In this document: piece by piece, positions 38,388 to 51,728 of the stretch
How the letters are laid out: the number at the start of each line of letters is the position of its first letter
Numbering within the stretch: position 1 is the stretch's first letter
DNA from: Octopus sinensis
Lineage: Eukaryota
Direction of reading: 5' to 3'
DNA: 64,000 bases
NCBI RefSeq assembly: GCF_006345805.1
Contig: NC_043000.1
Coordinates: forward strand, 46,066,001-46,130,000
Notes under the pieces: model-generated
What the model was told of the DNA's origin: nothing
Seen by the model: only the letters and a program-made list of their open reading frames with translations
Databases searched by the model: none
Position numbers and translations under genes: made by a program

Positions 38388-38890
38388 TCAAATCTGTATA
38401 TTGAGGTGTGGTCTGTAGTTTTGTATGAACAGGTTTTCCTTGTTTAGGCGTTCTTGTACTGAGATTGAATCTTTGCATTTGTATAATGGGAAAATATGAA
38501 AATTCAGCATTTTATTACTTGCGCATCTGTCAATATATCTGCTCAGTGCTATCTGCCTGTATTGAGGAAAATGAGTCTGTTCTTTATGCAGCATGACTCT
38601 GCGTCTCAAAGTAAGGCTCGTTTGGCCTACAGGTTAGGACATAGATATGGTTCTGGGAAGCACATGTGAAGTTGGTCTTAATTGAGAATTTTTGTCCTTG
38701 CTGGAATGTGAATTCTGAGCCTTCAGTTAGGTATGGGCATGTACCACAATTAGGTCGTCTGCATTTTTTAACTGTTGGTATCGTTTGTATTGAGTATAGT
38801 TTCGCATTTGTTAGGAGTCTCTTGAGTGATTTGTCTTGTCTTTTGCATTTTAGTAGTTTGTGTGTATTTAGGATGCAATGTCTTCTAATT
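38388..38890 (-). mobile_element. Penelope-like GIY-YIG endonuclease fragment
   Basis: CRRPNCGTCPYLTEGSEFTF...FTCASQNHIYVLTC, then RRRVMLHKEQ...FHIFPLYKC...KENLFIQNYRPHLN. Confidence 0.85.
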
Positions 38891-40348
38891 TTTTAATGTT
38901 TCATTTATTTTAGTATTAAGATTACTTTTGGTAATTACTCAAAATTTTGAGAATATCACTCCATGTAGTTCTTATGCAGTGACACAAGGAGACTTGCAAA
39001 TCTCTGAGTAATAACAGTGATTAATCTCAAGACTATGCTAAGCAATATCACACTTCTTCTGTATTGAGTATTTTTCACTCTTATTTGTAAACTCAATTGT
39101 ATACGAATAGAATTATACAAATATTCCACTAAACAAATATGAAGAGGGAACCAGCCAAAAATTTATCAAGTGACTGTGTTTAGGTGGAATGAATAGCTAT
39201 ATCTTCATTAAATCCATGTAGGATTTGGTCTAATGAGAGATTAATAAGATTAAATTGATAATGTGGAATGGAAATTATTACACAACCATTCTTTTTATGA
39301 GTTCTTCTAGAAATTTTCTGTAAATTGTATCAGTTGTATGTTTTTCAAAATAGTTTGTCACCTTAAAATTTTTCCTACCATGGAAAAATGCTATGGTTTC
39401 ATAGCAGGAAACACTGAAACAAATAGGAGATATATCTCTATCTTGTAAGGACAGTCAGTCTCAAGAAATATTCTTACAAGAGCTTTCTGTTTTTCTTAAT
39501 AGCCAATCAAAACTGTTCTTATGATGACCCCTGAACTGAACTGCAAACTCTTCAGAATAGTGGAAGGGAGATATCCTTACATCAGACATGGTTTGATGCT
39601 TGCAACAAAATGAACTCTACTAAAGGCATCCTCAAAACAAAACGCAAGATAACTGAAAACGATAGGAGTGTCTCTGCTGACAAACTTCCATTCTGTCCCA
39701 ATCATCAACCAAATTTCTCTCACAAGGCTTTTGTCAGCCATAAGCACATACCCAAAGTGCTCTCTGGTCTGACCAAAAGTAAAATCATGTAGTGACAAAT
39801 CAAACTTCTTAAACACACAGCTATGCTTGTGCATGTATCTGGCCTAAAAGTGATTTAATGTTGCTGAATAAAATCTTTTCTCTAGAAACAGTAAAATAGC
39901 TGGCAGGTCTGAGTTCACAAATCTATGAACACTTAACACTGTATCTTATCTGCTCAGCCATATCTCCTTAATTGTGTTATATACTGAAAAGAGGCATAGA
40001 AAAATATTTCTTCTTGATTAAAACTAATATAGTTTAGAAGCTAAATTAAAGAATTCATTATTAATTCAACAATTTCTGAATATATCTAATTAATAAGAAC
40101 TTTGAATAACCCATTCTCTTTTAAAAACATTCTGGTTTAATACTGACTACAAAATTGTTCTCAACAAGAACTTGTAAAAGACATTGTTCTAACCAATGAA
40201 ATGAGCAAACAGTCTACCCAAGCCTATGAGGAAAATGTTTCTGCAGTTGTTTGAACTTTAGAAACAGCAACCAAATTTACATCAAATTATAAAACACTTT
40301 TTTTTTTTATAAATGAACACATTAGAAAATGGGGCAGCACTTATAAAC

Positions 40349-40765
40349 ACTCTTTCACTCTTTTACTTATTTCAATCATTTGACTGCGGCCATGCTGGAG
40401 CACCGCCTTTAGTCGAGCAAATCGACCCCAGGACTTATTCTTTGTAAGCCTAGAACTTATTCTATTGGTCTCTTTTGCCAAACCGCTAAGTTATGGGGAT
40501 GCAAACACACCAACATCAGTTGTCAAGCAATGTTGGGGGTACAAACACAGACACAAACATATACACACACACAAATATATATATATATATACATATATAC
40601 AACGAACTTCTTTCAGTTTCTGTCTACCAAATCCACTTACAAGGCTTTGGTCGGCCCGAAGCTATAGTAGAAGACACTTGCCCAAGGTGCCATGCAGTGG
40701 GACTGAACCCGGAACCATGTAATTGGTAAGCAAGCTACTTACCATACTGCCACTCCTGCACCTAT
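40349..40765 (-). mobile_element. SINE family A, full length
   Basis: Reverse homology to 4627-5057. Confidence 0.9.
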
Positions 40766-40802
40766 GTGTAAGAAAAGAGAGTAGGGTCATATCCAAAACA
40801 TA

Positions 40803-41019
40803 TGAAAGGGTGCCGAAAAGTTCCTAGCTTTGGGTAAAAGAAAATGCAAGAGGATCAGTTAATTATGACTTTATTAAATGTATTCCCCTCTCAAAATCAC
40901 ATGCTCATTGCAACAGTCATTCAGCTTTTCCAAGTCCTATAAAAGAACTTGGAAGGTTGGGCCTTGAACCAGGATTTTCACAATACCCTTAAAGCTAGGA
41001 ACTTTTCAGCATCCCTTCA
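40803..41019. mobile_element. Mariner-type MITE (217 bp)
   Basis: 29-bp TIRs tgaaagggtgccgaaaagttcctagcttt / aaagctaggaacttttcagcatcccttca, TA on both sides. Confidence 0.85.
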
Positions 41020-41196
41020 TATTTGGTTATATTTCTACTTGGTTATAGCTACCCTGGGTTAAACAATACTCAATAGAAATCTGTTCATTTTCTTGCCTGT
41101 CATGTCGGCTAAATTTCTCTCCAGTATCATGGCTTTTCAACAGAATCTGCTTTCTGATAACATTTCTCAAAATAACTTCTTTTATCTAGAACTCAC

Positions 41197-41241
41197 CATT
41201 AGTTTAACTGATGCTATCACAGAAATAGCTGCAGACACTTC
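41197..41241 (-). CDS. Candidate 45-nt exon (EVSAAISVIASVKLM)
   Basis: Minus strand ttctttag acceptor, ATG|GTGAGT donor, phase 0-0, open. Confidence 0.3.
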
Positions 41242-41860
41242 CTAAAGAACTACACACAATATCTTGTAAGCATTTAAGTGCAATATCCAAAAGTAAAATC
41301 AGTCTAAATTCTCATGGACATTCTATGCCAGAAACCTGCATTAAACCTGAAGATGTAATAGTGCTTTTTTTTCTTCTTTTATACCAATATATCTACAAAG
41401 ATTTTAAAGTACACTGAGGTCTTTAATCTAGGTGATCTGTGAAAAGAATATAAACTAATGATAACATAGACTTTAATATTTCGCTTTGGTACCATAGATA
41501 AATAAAGTGCTAGTTATAATAGTCTTTTCTATTACTGATAAGATGATATCTCCATACATGAGAATGGAAAGTAAGATTGATAGGACATATTAGTTTAATA
41601 TTGTCACTTTTAATATACTGCCGGTTATTTCTGCGTTTTGTGTGCGCGTATGTGTGCATGTGTGTGTACATATAAATACACACACATGCACATATAGATA
41701 GATGCATACATACATACACATGTGTATATATGTATGCATACATATATGTATGTATATATACATATATATGTATATTTACACACTCACACACACACACACA
41801 TATATATATATACACACATGTATGTATAGATACATTATATATATGTATATATATAGACTA

Positions 41861-42305
41861 AGGGAGGGTGAAAGAGCAGTTAAAGCTGAACTCTGTGTTG
41901 AATGGCTGTTGTTTTTAAAATAAAAATAAAATGAAAACAAACGAACTTTTCTCCTTGTATGAAAATGATGTAATGTGAGTGAGATAGATGAAGTCTATTT
42001 TATTAGTTACTGTGGTCAATACAAAACTAGTTTCACTATTAATGGATTAATGTAAAAACTAAATAAATCAATCTTTAAAAAAATTAACTTAATTTAGAAG
42101 CACATTTTCCAATCTTCAGTTGCATATACCATATTTTAGGAAAAAATATAACTATGAAATATATTTACCTTCATTTATACGCATCAATTTGTAACCCAAG
42201 GTATTCAGTATACTGAAAAAAGTAAGAGAGGGAGAAGAAACATACTTTTACATCCATATTGAAACACGCTTTCTAACGTGTCATTAGGCCAATAATGGCA
42301 AATTA

Positions 42306-42362
<57 letters not shown>

Positions 42363-42410
42363 CCCATGCTAGCATGGAAAACGGACGCTAAACGATGATG
42401 ATGATGATGA

Positions 42411-42453
<43 letters not shown>

Positions 42454-43066
42454 ATATATGCACAGGAGTGGCTGTGTGGTAAGTAGCTTGATAACCAACC
42501 ACATGGTTCCGAGTTCAGTCCCACTGCGTGGCATCTTGGGCAAGTGTCTTCTGCTATAGCCCCGGGCCGACCAATGCCTTGTGAGTGGATTTGGTAGACA
42601 GAAACTGAAAGAAGCCCGTCGTATATATGTATATATATATATGTATATGTATGTGTGTGTGTTTGACAACCGATGCTGGTGTGTTTACGTCCCCGTCACT
42701 TAGTGGTTCGGCAAAAAGAGACTGATAGAATAAGTACTGGGCTTACAAAGAATAAGTCCCGGGGTCGATTTGCTCGACTAAAGGCGGTGCTCCAGCATGG
42801 CCACAGTCAAATGACTGAAACAAATAAAAGAGTAAAAGAGTATATAAACAAAGCGAGGGAGAAAGAGCAGCTAAAGCTGAACTCCAATGTGCTGAATGGC
42901 CGTTGTTTTTAAAATAAAAATAAAATAAAAACAAACGGACTTTTCTCCTTGGAATGAAAATGATGTAAGGCGAGCTAGATAGATGAAGTCTATTTTATTA
43001 GTTGCTGTGGTCAATACAAATTTAGTTTCATGATTAATGCACAAATTAAATAAATAAATAAATCTT
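41861..43066. repeat. Diverged about 210-bp direct duplication (41861-42076 and 42855-43066)
   Basis: gagggagaaagagcag.taaagctgaactc...gatagatgaagtctattttattagtt.ctgtggtcaatacaaa, about 85% identical. Confidence 0.85.
42460..42841 (+). mobile_element. SINE family A
   Basis: Homologous to 4627-5057. Confidence 0.9.
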
Positions 43067-43084
43067 AACACACACACAAACAAG

Positions 43085-43420
43085 CACGTGTCACTACATG
43101 TCAAAGTTTGCTCTGGCGAAGCCGAAGATTCGATTGTTTGGAGTCAGTAATCACTATGGATCGCTTGTGCAAAAGAAAGTTATGATCTCACTTTTGTAGG
43201 AACCAGACCGCTCTCAAAATTTAAGTAAAAAGCCGGAAAAATTATCCAGAATCCTTGTCCGGTAGCAGATCGATCACAAAATCTAATCAGTTTGTGTCAA
43301 TCATGAGGCCAAACATCCCTGAAAGTTTCATCCGAATCCATCCACCAGTTCTTGAAATATATAGTCCACAGACAAACAAGACTGAACGCAATACCTCTGC
43401 CTTCGTTAAGGCGGAGATAA
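43085..43420 (+). mobile_element. Unclassified non-autonomous repeat with a 3'-terminal hairpin (Helentron/HINE-like)
   Basis: acagacaaacaa short repeat, then 9-bp hairpin ctctgcctt-cgtt-aaggcggag at 43395-43416; relatively CpG-rich. Confidence 0.45.
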
Positions 43421-43442
43421 GGAGGAAATGGGGAGGAGGGGA

Positions 43443-43530
43443 GAAGAAGAAGAAGAAGAAGAAGAAGAAGAAGGAAGAAGAAGAAGAAGAAGAAGAAGAA
43501 GAAGAAGAAGAAGAAGAAGAAGAAGAAGAA
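43443..43530. repeat. (GAA)n microsatellite
   Basis: Direct reading. Confidence 0.95.
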
Positions 43531-43975
43531 TGGCAATTACTGATTAAGGCACAAGATCAGCGCATTTTAAGAGTGAAAAATGAATGCAGCAAGATACTCT
43601 ATCCAATACTCAAATGACTGCACCATCTCACCACCTTGTAATAAATATATGAATTTGGATATGATATAAATAATTACTAACAATGATTTCCTGATCACTA
43701 TTATAAATGTCTTTAATGCCAATATCTAATGTTTCACTTATATATAATCCGACTGAAGGAATCCAATACACTTTTTCTTTTCTCTTAAGCAAATCAATTT
43801 ATTGAATCCTAGTTTGCCAATTGACAGTGATCACTTGCCTCATTTTTCATTGCATTATCCAGTTGAGACATTATCTGCAGGGTTTCTTTTCTAGTTTGTA
43901 TTGACTATCTAGTTCAATGAAAGTATTATGTATGCATAATCACCATCAATCAGCTTCCAGCGTTGTTTTTACTAG

Positions 43976-44000
43976 ATTCTAAGGAAAATAAAGCATTCAG
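43976..44000 (+). CDS. Candidate 25-nt exon (ILRKIKHS in phase 0, or DSKENKAF in phase 1)
   Basis: gttgtttttactag acceptor and consensus CAG|GTAAGT donor. Confidence 0.4.
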
Positions 44001-44029
44001 GTAAGTTCGCTAATTTCATATATGTATCA

Positions 44030-45505
44030 TCATCATTACCATCATCATCATCATCATTTAACGTCCGTTATCCATGCTGGCATGAGTTGGATGGTTTGAC
44101 TTGGGCTGGCACACTGGAAGGCTGCACCACACTCCAGTGTGATTTGGCATGGTTTTCTATGGCTGGATCCCCTTCCTAATGCCAACTACTCTGAGAGTGT
44201 AATGAGTGCTTTTATGTGACACTGGGGTGCGTTTATATGCTACCAGCATGGGTGCTAATTTGCATGACAAAGGTATCTGTCACAACTGCAATTTTGCTTG
44301 GCTTGATGGGTCTTCTTCTCAAGTACAACATAATAACAAAGGTCTTTGCCATTGCCCCCGTGAGGCCTAACACTCGAAAGGAACTCAGCCACTTTACCTC
44401 CATGAGGCCCAACGCTTGAAACGAACAGCTACCTTGCCTGTGAGGCCCTACACTCAAAAGGTACTCAGCCACTTTGCCACCGTGTGGCCTAGTACTTGAA
44501 AGAAGCTCAGCCACTTTGCTTCCATCAGGCCAAATGCTCAAGAGGAACTCAGCCACTTAGCTTCCATGAGGCCTAATGTTCAAAAGATTTTCTTTACATA
44601 CCCCCAGCACGGGTGCACTTGACTTTATGGCTCCTCTCAAGCACAGCAAATCGCCAAAGGTTTCAGTCACCAGTCATTGCCTCTGTGAGGCTCAAAGTTT
44701 GAAGATCATGCTTCACTACCTCATCCCATGTTTTTCTGGGTCTACCTCTACCACAGGTTCCCTCTACAGACATCAGCATTTCTTTACATGGCTGTCTTCA
44801 TCCATATGCATCACATGACCATACCATTGCAGTCATCTCTCTTGCACACGACATCTGATGCCTCTTATGCCTGACGTTTCTCTCAAGGCGCTTGCTCACT
44901 GTCGAACATGCACACTTACATTGCACAACCAGCGAAGCATACTGGTTTCATTCCTTTCAAGCCTACACATGTCCACGCATAGCTGTTCACACACAGACAT
45001 CAAACAATCTGCCTTTCACTTTGAGAGAGACCCTTTGTTGCCAGCAAGGGTAGGAGCTTTCTAAACTTTGCCCAGCTTAATCTTATTCTCACAGCTATGC
45101 TCTCAGAGCATCCACCTCCACAACTAACTTGGTCACCTAGATAATAGAAGCTATCTACTACCTCCAGCTGCCTCCCTGACAGTTGATGGAGTCTATTTTC
45201 TGTGCATTTTCAGCATTTATTGTGCCTGTGAACGTTCCACATACAAAAGTTAGTTTCTCTGTTAACCTTCCTCTGATGTTGCTGCACTTTTTATGTGTCC
45301 AAAGCTTACACTGAGCCCATCTTATGGAGTTTCTACCTGCATCTTTTCTACAGATTGAGCAGGGCCATCTACCCGAAGGGATTTGTGATTTTTTTGCCTT
45401 CCTACTTACAATGACTTTGGTCTTTCTGAGGTTAACTCTAAGGCCCTTCGATTCTAGACCTTGCTTCCATACCAGGGACTTCTCTAGTTCAGGTAATTCA
45501 GGTAG
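44030..45505 (-). mobile_element. RTE-clade LINE, 5'-truncated: RT C-terminus with Cys-rich insert, 3' UTR tandem repeats, (GAT)n tail
   Basis: WKQGLESKGLRVNLRKTKV...RWPCSICRK...CKLWTHKKCS; downstream remnants YLGDQVSCGGGCSES and RWYGHV; about six 38-42-bp repeats at 44355-44590. Confidence 0.9.
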
Positions 45506-45529
45506 TGATATATATATATATATATAACA

Positions 45530-46815
45530 ACCTCTTAGATAATACAGAGCATGGGTTTTGGACTGGATGAGGTTGCCTGACACAACTATTACAACACCAT
45601 AACACTATCCTCAATAATCTCCTGAATGGAAAGGACACTAACTGCATCTACCTCGCTTTTGCTAAAGCATTGACAAGATTGATAATGGAATCTTCTGTCA
45701 GAGGATAAGGGATCTTAGTATCATAGGAAAATGCAGAGAATGGCTCTTTGACTTTCTAAGGGATAGGAACCAATCTGTTGCTGCAAATGGTTATCTCTCA
45801 GCAAAATCACCCACAATAAGTAGTATACCTCAGGATTCAGTTTTACAATCATTATTATTTACCATAACCCTATCAGCCATAAACTCACAAGTACAATCGG
45901 CCAACCTAATGAGTTACACTGATGACACAAAAATATCTATGGCTGTCCAAACTCTAGAAGATACCATCAAACTCCAAAATGACCTAAACATTATTTATCA
46001 ATAGGCGGATAAAATTAATATGAAATTTAATACATAAATTTCAGGCCTTTCATTATGGAGGGAATAGACTCAAATCCCAAAATTTGGCACCAGATAATAC
46101 AATGATTCAAAGCACTGATGACATACAGGAGTTAGGAATAATCATGTTAAATGATGCATCTTTCATCAGTCACATCACCAAACTGACCTCTAAATGCAGA
46201 CATCTCATAAGATGGATTCTACAAACCTTCATGATAAGAAAACCAGTAGTTATGCTAACTCTATGGAATACCTTAGTTCTGAGCAGATTAGATTATTGCT
46301 CACAGCTTTTGTCTCCAAATCCTCCTAGATTCATAGAAGAAATTGATGGGTTACAAAGATCATTCACAAGTAAATTAACTTCAGCTAATGGCCTTAATTA
46401 CTGGGAACACCTGACAGCTCAGTGTCTCTACTCTCTTGAAGACCAAATTGCGAGACAAACTATTATATATATATGAAAGATCTGGAGGGGCATGTTCCAA
46501 ACATCGGCATTAAAGTGAATTTTAATGCTCAAACTGGTAGGTACTGTCAGCTTCCTAATATACCATCTTCAAACACATGAGTAAAAAGACTCTACTGTAC
46601 CAGTCTAATATTCAGAGGTCCTCAAGTATCCAACTACCTAACCAAAAAGATTAGAAATATAAAAGTGATCTCTACAGAAACTTTCAAAAAAGCATTGGAT
46701 GAATTCTTAACGGTGATACCAGATCAACCAATCATTCAAGGATACACTCAGGGAAGATCAGCAACTACAAACTCAGTCATTGACCAGCTTTCAATCATAA
46801 AGCGGCAACAAAGCT
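45530..46815 (+). mobile_element. CR1-clade LINE RT/3' fragment, degenerate
   Basis: HGF..G..CLTQLLQH, CIYL-FAKA, PQ-SVL, YTDD at 45915-45926, LSRLDYCSQL. Confidence 0.9.
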
Positions 46816-47017
46816 AAAATCAAAATTAAGGCAGTGCTCCAGCATAGCCACGGTCTGGCGACTGAAACATGCACAGCAGAGTTCGAAGTCAATTTGCACC
46901 AAGTGGCTTTACTTAGTGTACTTTATCTTTGTTACTATGGCAACAGTCCAAAATTCTTATTGATCAGACCATATATATATATATATGTGTTTGTGTGTGT
47001 GTGCGCGCATGTATAAG

Positions 47018-47054
<37 letters not shown>

Positions 47055-47916
47055 GTATAAACATTTACATATACACATACACATACAAATATCTATATAT
47101 ATATATACACATATATGATGGACTTCTTTCAGTTTCCGTCTTCCAAATCCACTCACAGGGATTTGGTTGGCCTTAGGCTATAGAAGATACTTGCCCAGGT
47201 ATCACCCAGATGCATGTGGTTAGGAAGCAAGCTTCTTACCACACAGCCATGTCTGCATATATATATATACGCACATATATATGCATACATATACACACAC
47301 ATACGTATATATATATATATGCATACATGTGCGTGTGTGTATGAGTAGTATTAGATATGGATTCAGAGAATCAAGTAGCTATAAGAGAAAGCTGCTTCTA
47401 TGGGCATGGCTAACAGACCACAAAGAAATTTAATACCAGGATACATAATGTAGAGTATCCATGCAGCTGAAATCAAGAAGATTCAATTAACAAAATTATT
47501 TCTTGAGGAGAATATTAACTATAAACATCAGAAGGCATGGAAAGTGAATATCTATTTATTTAACCTCTTCACATTCTGAAGAATACAGCCATTTCACAAC
47601 CTTCATCATGTTGTATTCATTTCAGTGCGGAAGAAATTATGCTTACATGTTTGTATTAATATGCATGCTTGGCATTACAGAATACAATTGTATATTCACT
47701 AATCCATAGAAATAGAATTTTCTTTATTTGCACTGATTTGTGAATTTACAATAGCATTGTAAAATGTCAAGCATGCGTGTTTACGCAAACATGTGAGAAT
47801 AATTTCTCCCACACTGCAATTAATACGACATGAAGAAGATTACAAAATGCCTGTGATCCCAAGGATATCATGTGGTTAAATAAATTTATATTCTCCTCTC
47901 GTATCTCATGAATTTT

Positions 47917-47947
<31 letters not shown>

Positions 47948-48024
47948 GGTTTTTCAACACAATATTTATACATGATTATTTATTATTTATTGTTTTATGC
48001 GATGTGCTTTGAGATCCGATGTTG

Positions 48025-48115
<91 letters not shown>

Positions 48116-48299
48116 GTATATATATATATGCAGAATGTTAGCCCAAAACATCTGCGCAACAAAATTACTTCTGAAATAAGTGGAATGGATAGAGAGTGAA
48201 CTGAGCAGAAGTAGTAGTCATGCTCAGATTTAAGTTTTAATGTAAAATCTAAAATAAAGCATCTCTTTGAAATTATTTCAAAATATAGTAACATCCCAA

Positions 48300-48490
48300 A
48301 GGGATTCAGGACCACTACTACTACTACTACTACTACTAATACTATTACTACCACCACCAGCACCACCACCACCACCACCAGCAGTACCACCACCAGCAGC
48401 ACCAGCACCACCACCATCACTACTACTAGTATTAATATTAATGCTGTTGCTGCCACTGCTGCTGCCACTGTTGTTGTTGTTGTTGTTAAG
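48300..48490. repeat. Compound (CTA)/(CCA)/(GCA)/(TTG) trinucleotide repeat
   Basis: Direct reading. Confidence 0.9.
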
Positions 48491-49335
48491 CAACAAGACG
48501 AGTAAGGGTGATTATGTGATGGTCTAGGGCTTAGGGGCAGGAGACCCCAGACCTTGGAGAAAAAAAAAAACTTTGGTCGTCTTGTTGTAATTGAGGACTC
48601 TTCATTGATGCCTGACACCACTGGGAGGTGGCCCTCGAAGTTTCTGGAAATGGAGATCTCCAGGTCCAAATTCTTGAGCGGCTGCTGCTGCTGAGGTTGA
48701 TAATGGTGATGAAGATGTCCTGATGCAGTACCAGGCAATGGCTCTCATGGCTTTTGACCATAACTGAATGGAAGTGTTATCATGTATGTGCTTTGTCTTG
48801 GTGTGAAAGATGGGCTACAGCATATATTCTGCTCAATGCCATAGATTTGTTAGTTGCTTGACCTTACCCACTTAAGCATTTCCTTTAGTGGCTAATGATA
48901 TGTGCATCTCTGATTACAACCAGAAGCACTGGGGGAGCATCATAGCTATATGTTGAGAAGGAGTCTTTGGAGTTTGAATTATTCACCTCTGAAAATATGG
49001 GTGTGTCATTCATCATCTTTAAACATCCCTTGTTCAGGGACTTGCTGAGTGGTATGGGCTACTAGATCGAAATAAAATTCTAATTGGGCCCCATCTGCAA
49101 GGTCATGCACAGTTTATCTTGATATGGGATCACCGTATTGCACACATATGGTTGTGATGCATGTGCCTGGTGTACCCTCATCAGATGAATAGTCATGATG
49201 GATATACTAGGCTTCATATATTTGTACTCAAATGTCATTTTGATGGCACGTGTTGCTCTCTCCTTCAGTAATAATAATAATAATAATAACAACAACAACA
49301 ACAATAATAATAATAATAATAATAATAACAATAAT

Positions 49336-49548
49336 GGTTTTAAATTTTGTCACGAAAGCAGCAATTTTGGGGGAGAGGATAAGTCAATTACCTCAACCCC
49401 AGTGGATAACTTGTACTGATTTTATCGACCCCAAAAGGATGAATGGTAAAGTCAACCTCAGTGGAATTTGAATTTAAAACATAGCAATGGGCAAAATACC
49501 ACTAAGCATTTTGTCCAGCATGCTAACAATTCTGTCAGCTCACTGCCT
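49336..49548 (-). mobile_element. SINE family C, tail type 2
   Basis: Homologous to 30884-31092; (AAT/AAC)n at 49268-49335. Confidence 0.8.
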
Positions 49549-50234
49549 CAGGGACCTAGTCAATTGCATCAATGCCATTGATCGACTAGTACTTAATTGA
49601 TTGACCCTGAAATGAATAAAGGCAGAGTCAACCTCAGCAAGTCATTGAATAGGTCATGAATAGCAATGAACGTTCTTTGACTAACAAACAACTGATTGGT
49701 TATTTAACCAGCACATTGAACAGACAATCGATTACTTAGTTGGTTAGATATTTAACCAATTGATGAATAATAAAGAAGTGATATTGAATTAGTGTGTGTG
49801 TGTGTGTGGGATCTAGTTAGGGTGTTGCACTCACAATCTAGTGATTCTGGGTTCACTTCCTGGACCGAGAGGTGCATTGTTTTCTTGAGCAAAATGCTTC
49901 ATTTCACATTGCTCCAGTCCACTCAGCTGCAAATGGGTAAAACTGCAAAGGACTACTAACTTTTTGATCTGGTGGATAATATTGGCCAGCTCACCTAGCA
50001 AGCAGGATGATGATGCTGATGATGCTGCTGATGATGATATATGAGTCGCCATGATAGATCGGTAGTCACTACACACATTTTTTTTCTCTCCTTGTTTCTT
50101 TCTGTGTTCCTTTTTTAGAAGAGCATAAGCTCGAAACGTAAAAGACTTTTTCAATTCTTGAGTGTTATACTAATACATTTGTTTGTTTTCTACATCACCT
50201 GTCTTCGTCTTTTGTTGTTTTCGTGAACTCTCCC

Positions 50235-50287
<53 letters not shown>

Positions 50288-50295
50288 TATGTTTT

Positions 50296-50330
<35 letters not shown>

Positions 50331-50463
50331 GGTATGGTGATGCGTGCAGGAAAAATAGAACTCAAAATATGTGTATGTATATTGTTGTTAACATTTCACA
50401 GAAGCAACAAAGTGATACAAAACATGAGAGTTTTGTGTGATGACACTTTTGCATACATACATA

Positions 50464-51728
50464 CAAGTGTTGGACAAAATAATGGAAACACTTAGCATCA
50501 TAGCATCATAATTTTGAAATATTTATAAAACTGTCAAATGCTTGTTTATTTTTATGTTTGTTTGATTTATTATTAGTGTTGTTTAATATGTTTTCCTAAA
50601 ATTGCTGTATCTTTTCAGATATCACCAGAAAAAGATTATTAAAATTCATTAAAATGACAGATCTATTGGACTTCAAAGAGGTCAAATTTTTGGTGCACGT
50701 ATGGTAGGTGCTAGTGTAATGAAAACTGCAAAAATTTTTGGTGTATCAAGAAGTACTATCTCAAAAGTAATGACAGCCTTTGAGAAAGAAGGAAAAACTT
50801 CCTCTTTGAAACAAAACTCCGAAAGAAAACCCAAACTTTCAGATAGACTCTTACACAAATTGTTAGAAAGAATCACAAAAGTACAGCTCCCAAAATTACT
50901 GCAGAGCTTAATGACCACCTCGAGAACCCAGTTTCCATAAAAACTGTTTGCTGGGAGCTGCACAAAGCCAGATTTCATGGGAGGGATGGAATCAGAAAAC
51001 CACTACTTTCAAAAATAAATGTTGCAAAGCATTTAGATTGGAGTAAAAACCTACAGAATTGGTCTCTAGAGCAGTGGGAAAATGTTATTTTCTTGGACGA
51101 ATCATCTTTTGCCTTATTTTCGACCACCAGCTGAGAATACATGTGGAGATAGTCAAAAGAAGCATTTGACCCAGACTGTCTTCTTCCAATTGTTAAACAT
51201 GGAGGAGGATCTGTGATGATATGGGAGGGGGGGGAATCTAGGAAATCCGCCGGCCCAATGGTTTCCTTTCATGGCAGAATTAATCATCAAGTCTATTTAA
51301 GCATTTTATCTGATCAAAATCATCCTGTGGTTGTAGAACTGTTTCTGGAGGGTAACGCAATCTTCAGGATGATAATTCACCAATTCACACAGCTAAAGTT
51401 GTTATTGAATGGCACGAGGAGCATTCTAGTGAAGTTTAACATCTTATCTGGCCACCACAGTCCCCAGATCTCAATATTATTGAACATTTATGGTGCATAT
51501 TAGAAAAACATGTAAGGAGTCGATATCCTTCACCATCATCACTACAAGAACTGGAGACTGTTTCAGCTGAAGAATGAACAAAAATTCCTTTGGAAACAAT
51601 TCAAAGTTTGTATGAGTCCATACCTCAGAGTATTCATGCTGTAATTACTGCCAAAGGCGATCTTACCCCATATGAAAATAAATTTGTTTGAAATTTTAAG
51701 GTGTTTCCATTATTTTGTCCAACCCCTG
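50464..51728 (+). mobile_element. Full-length degenerate Tc1 (DD34E-type) DNA transposon
   Basis: 28-bp TIRs caagtgttggacaaaataatggaaacac / gtgtttccattattttgtccaacccctg, TA at both ends. Confidence 0.95.
50654..51675 (+). pseudogene. Tc1 transposase pseudogene
   Basis: HTH GVSRSTISKV, WENVIFLDES, KHGGGSVMIW, FQDDNS, WPPQSPDLNIIEH motifs; several frameshifts and stops. Confidence 0.9.

Noticed and set aside
39408-39792. Coding-like stretch with an acceptor at 39502 and a 5-bp duplication (aactg) that breaks the frame
   Set aside because: Several alternative frames and splice patterns on both strands look equally plausible; no recognisable protein
44355-44590. CRISPR-like regularly spaced repeats
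   Set aside because: Units are contiguous and diverged with no unique spacers, lie within a LINE 3' UTR, and the DNA is eukaryotic
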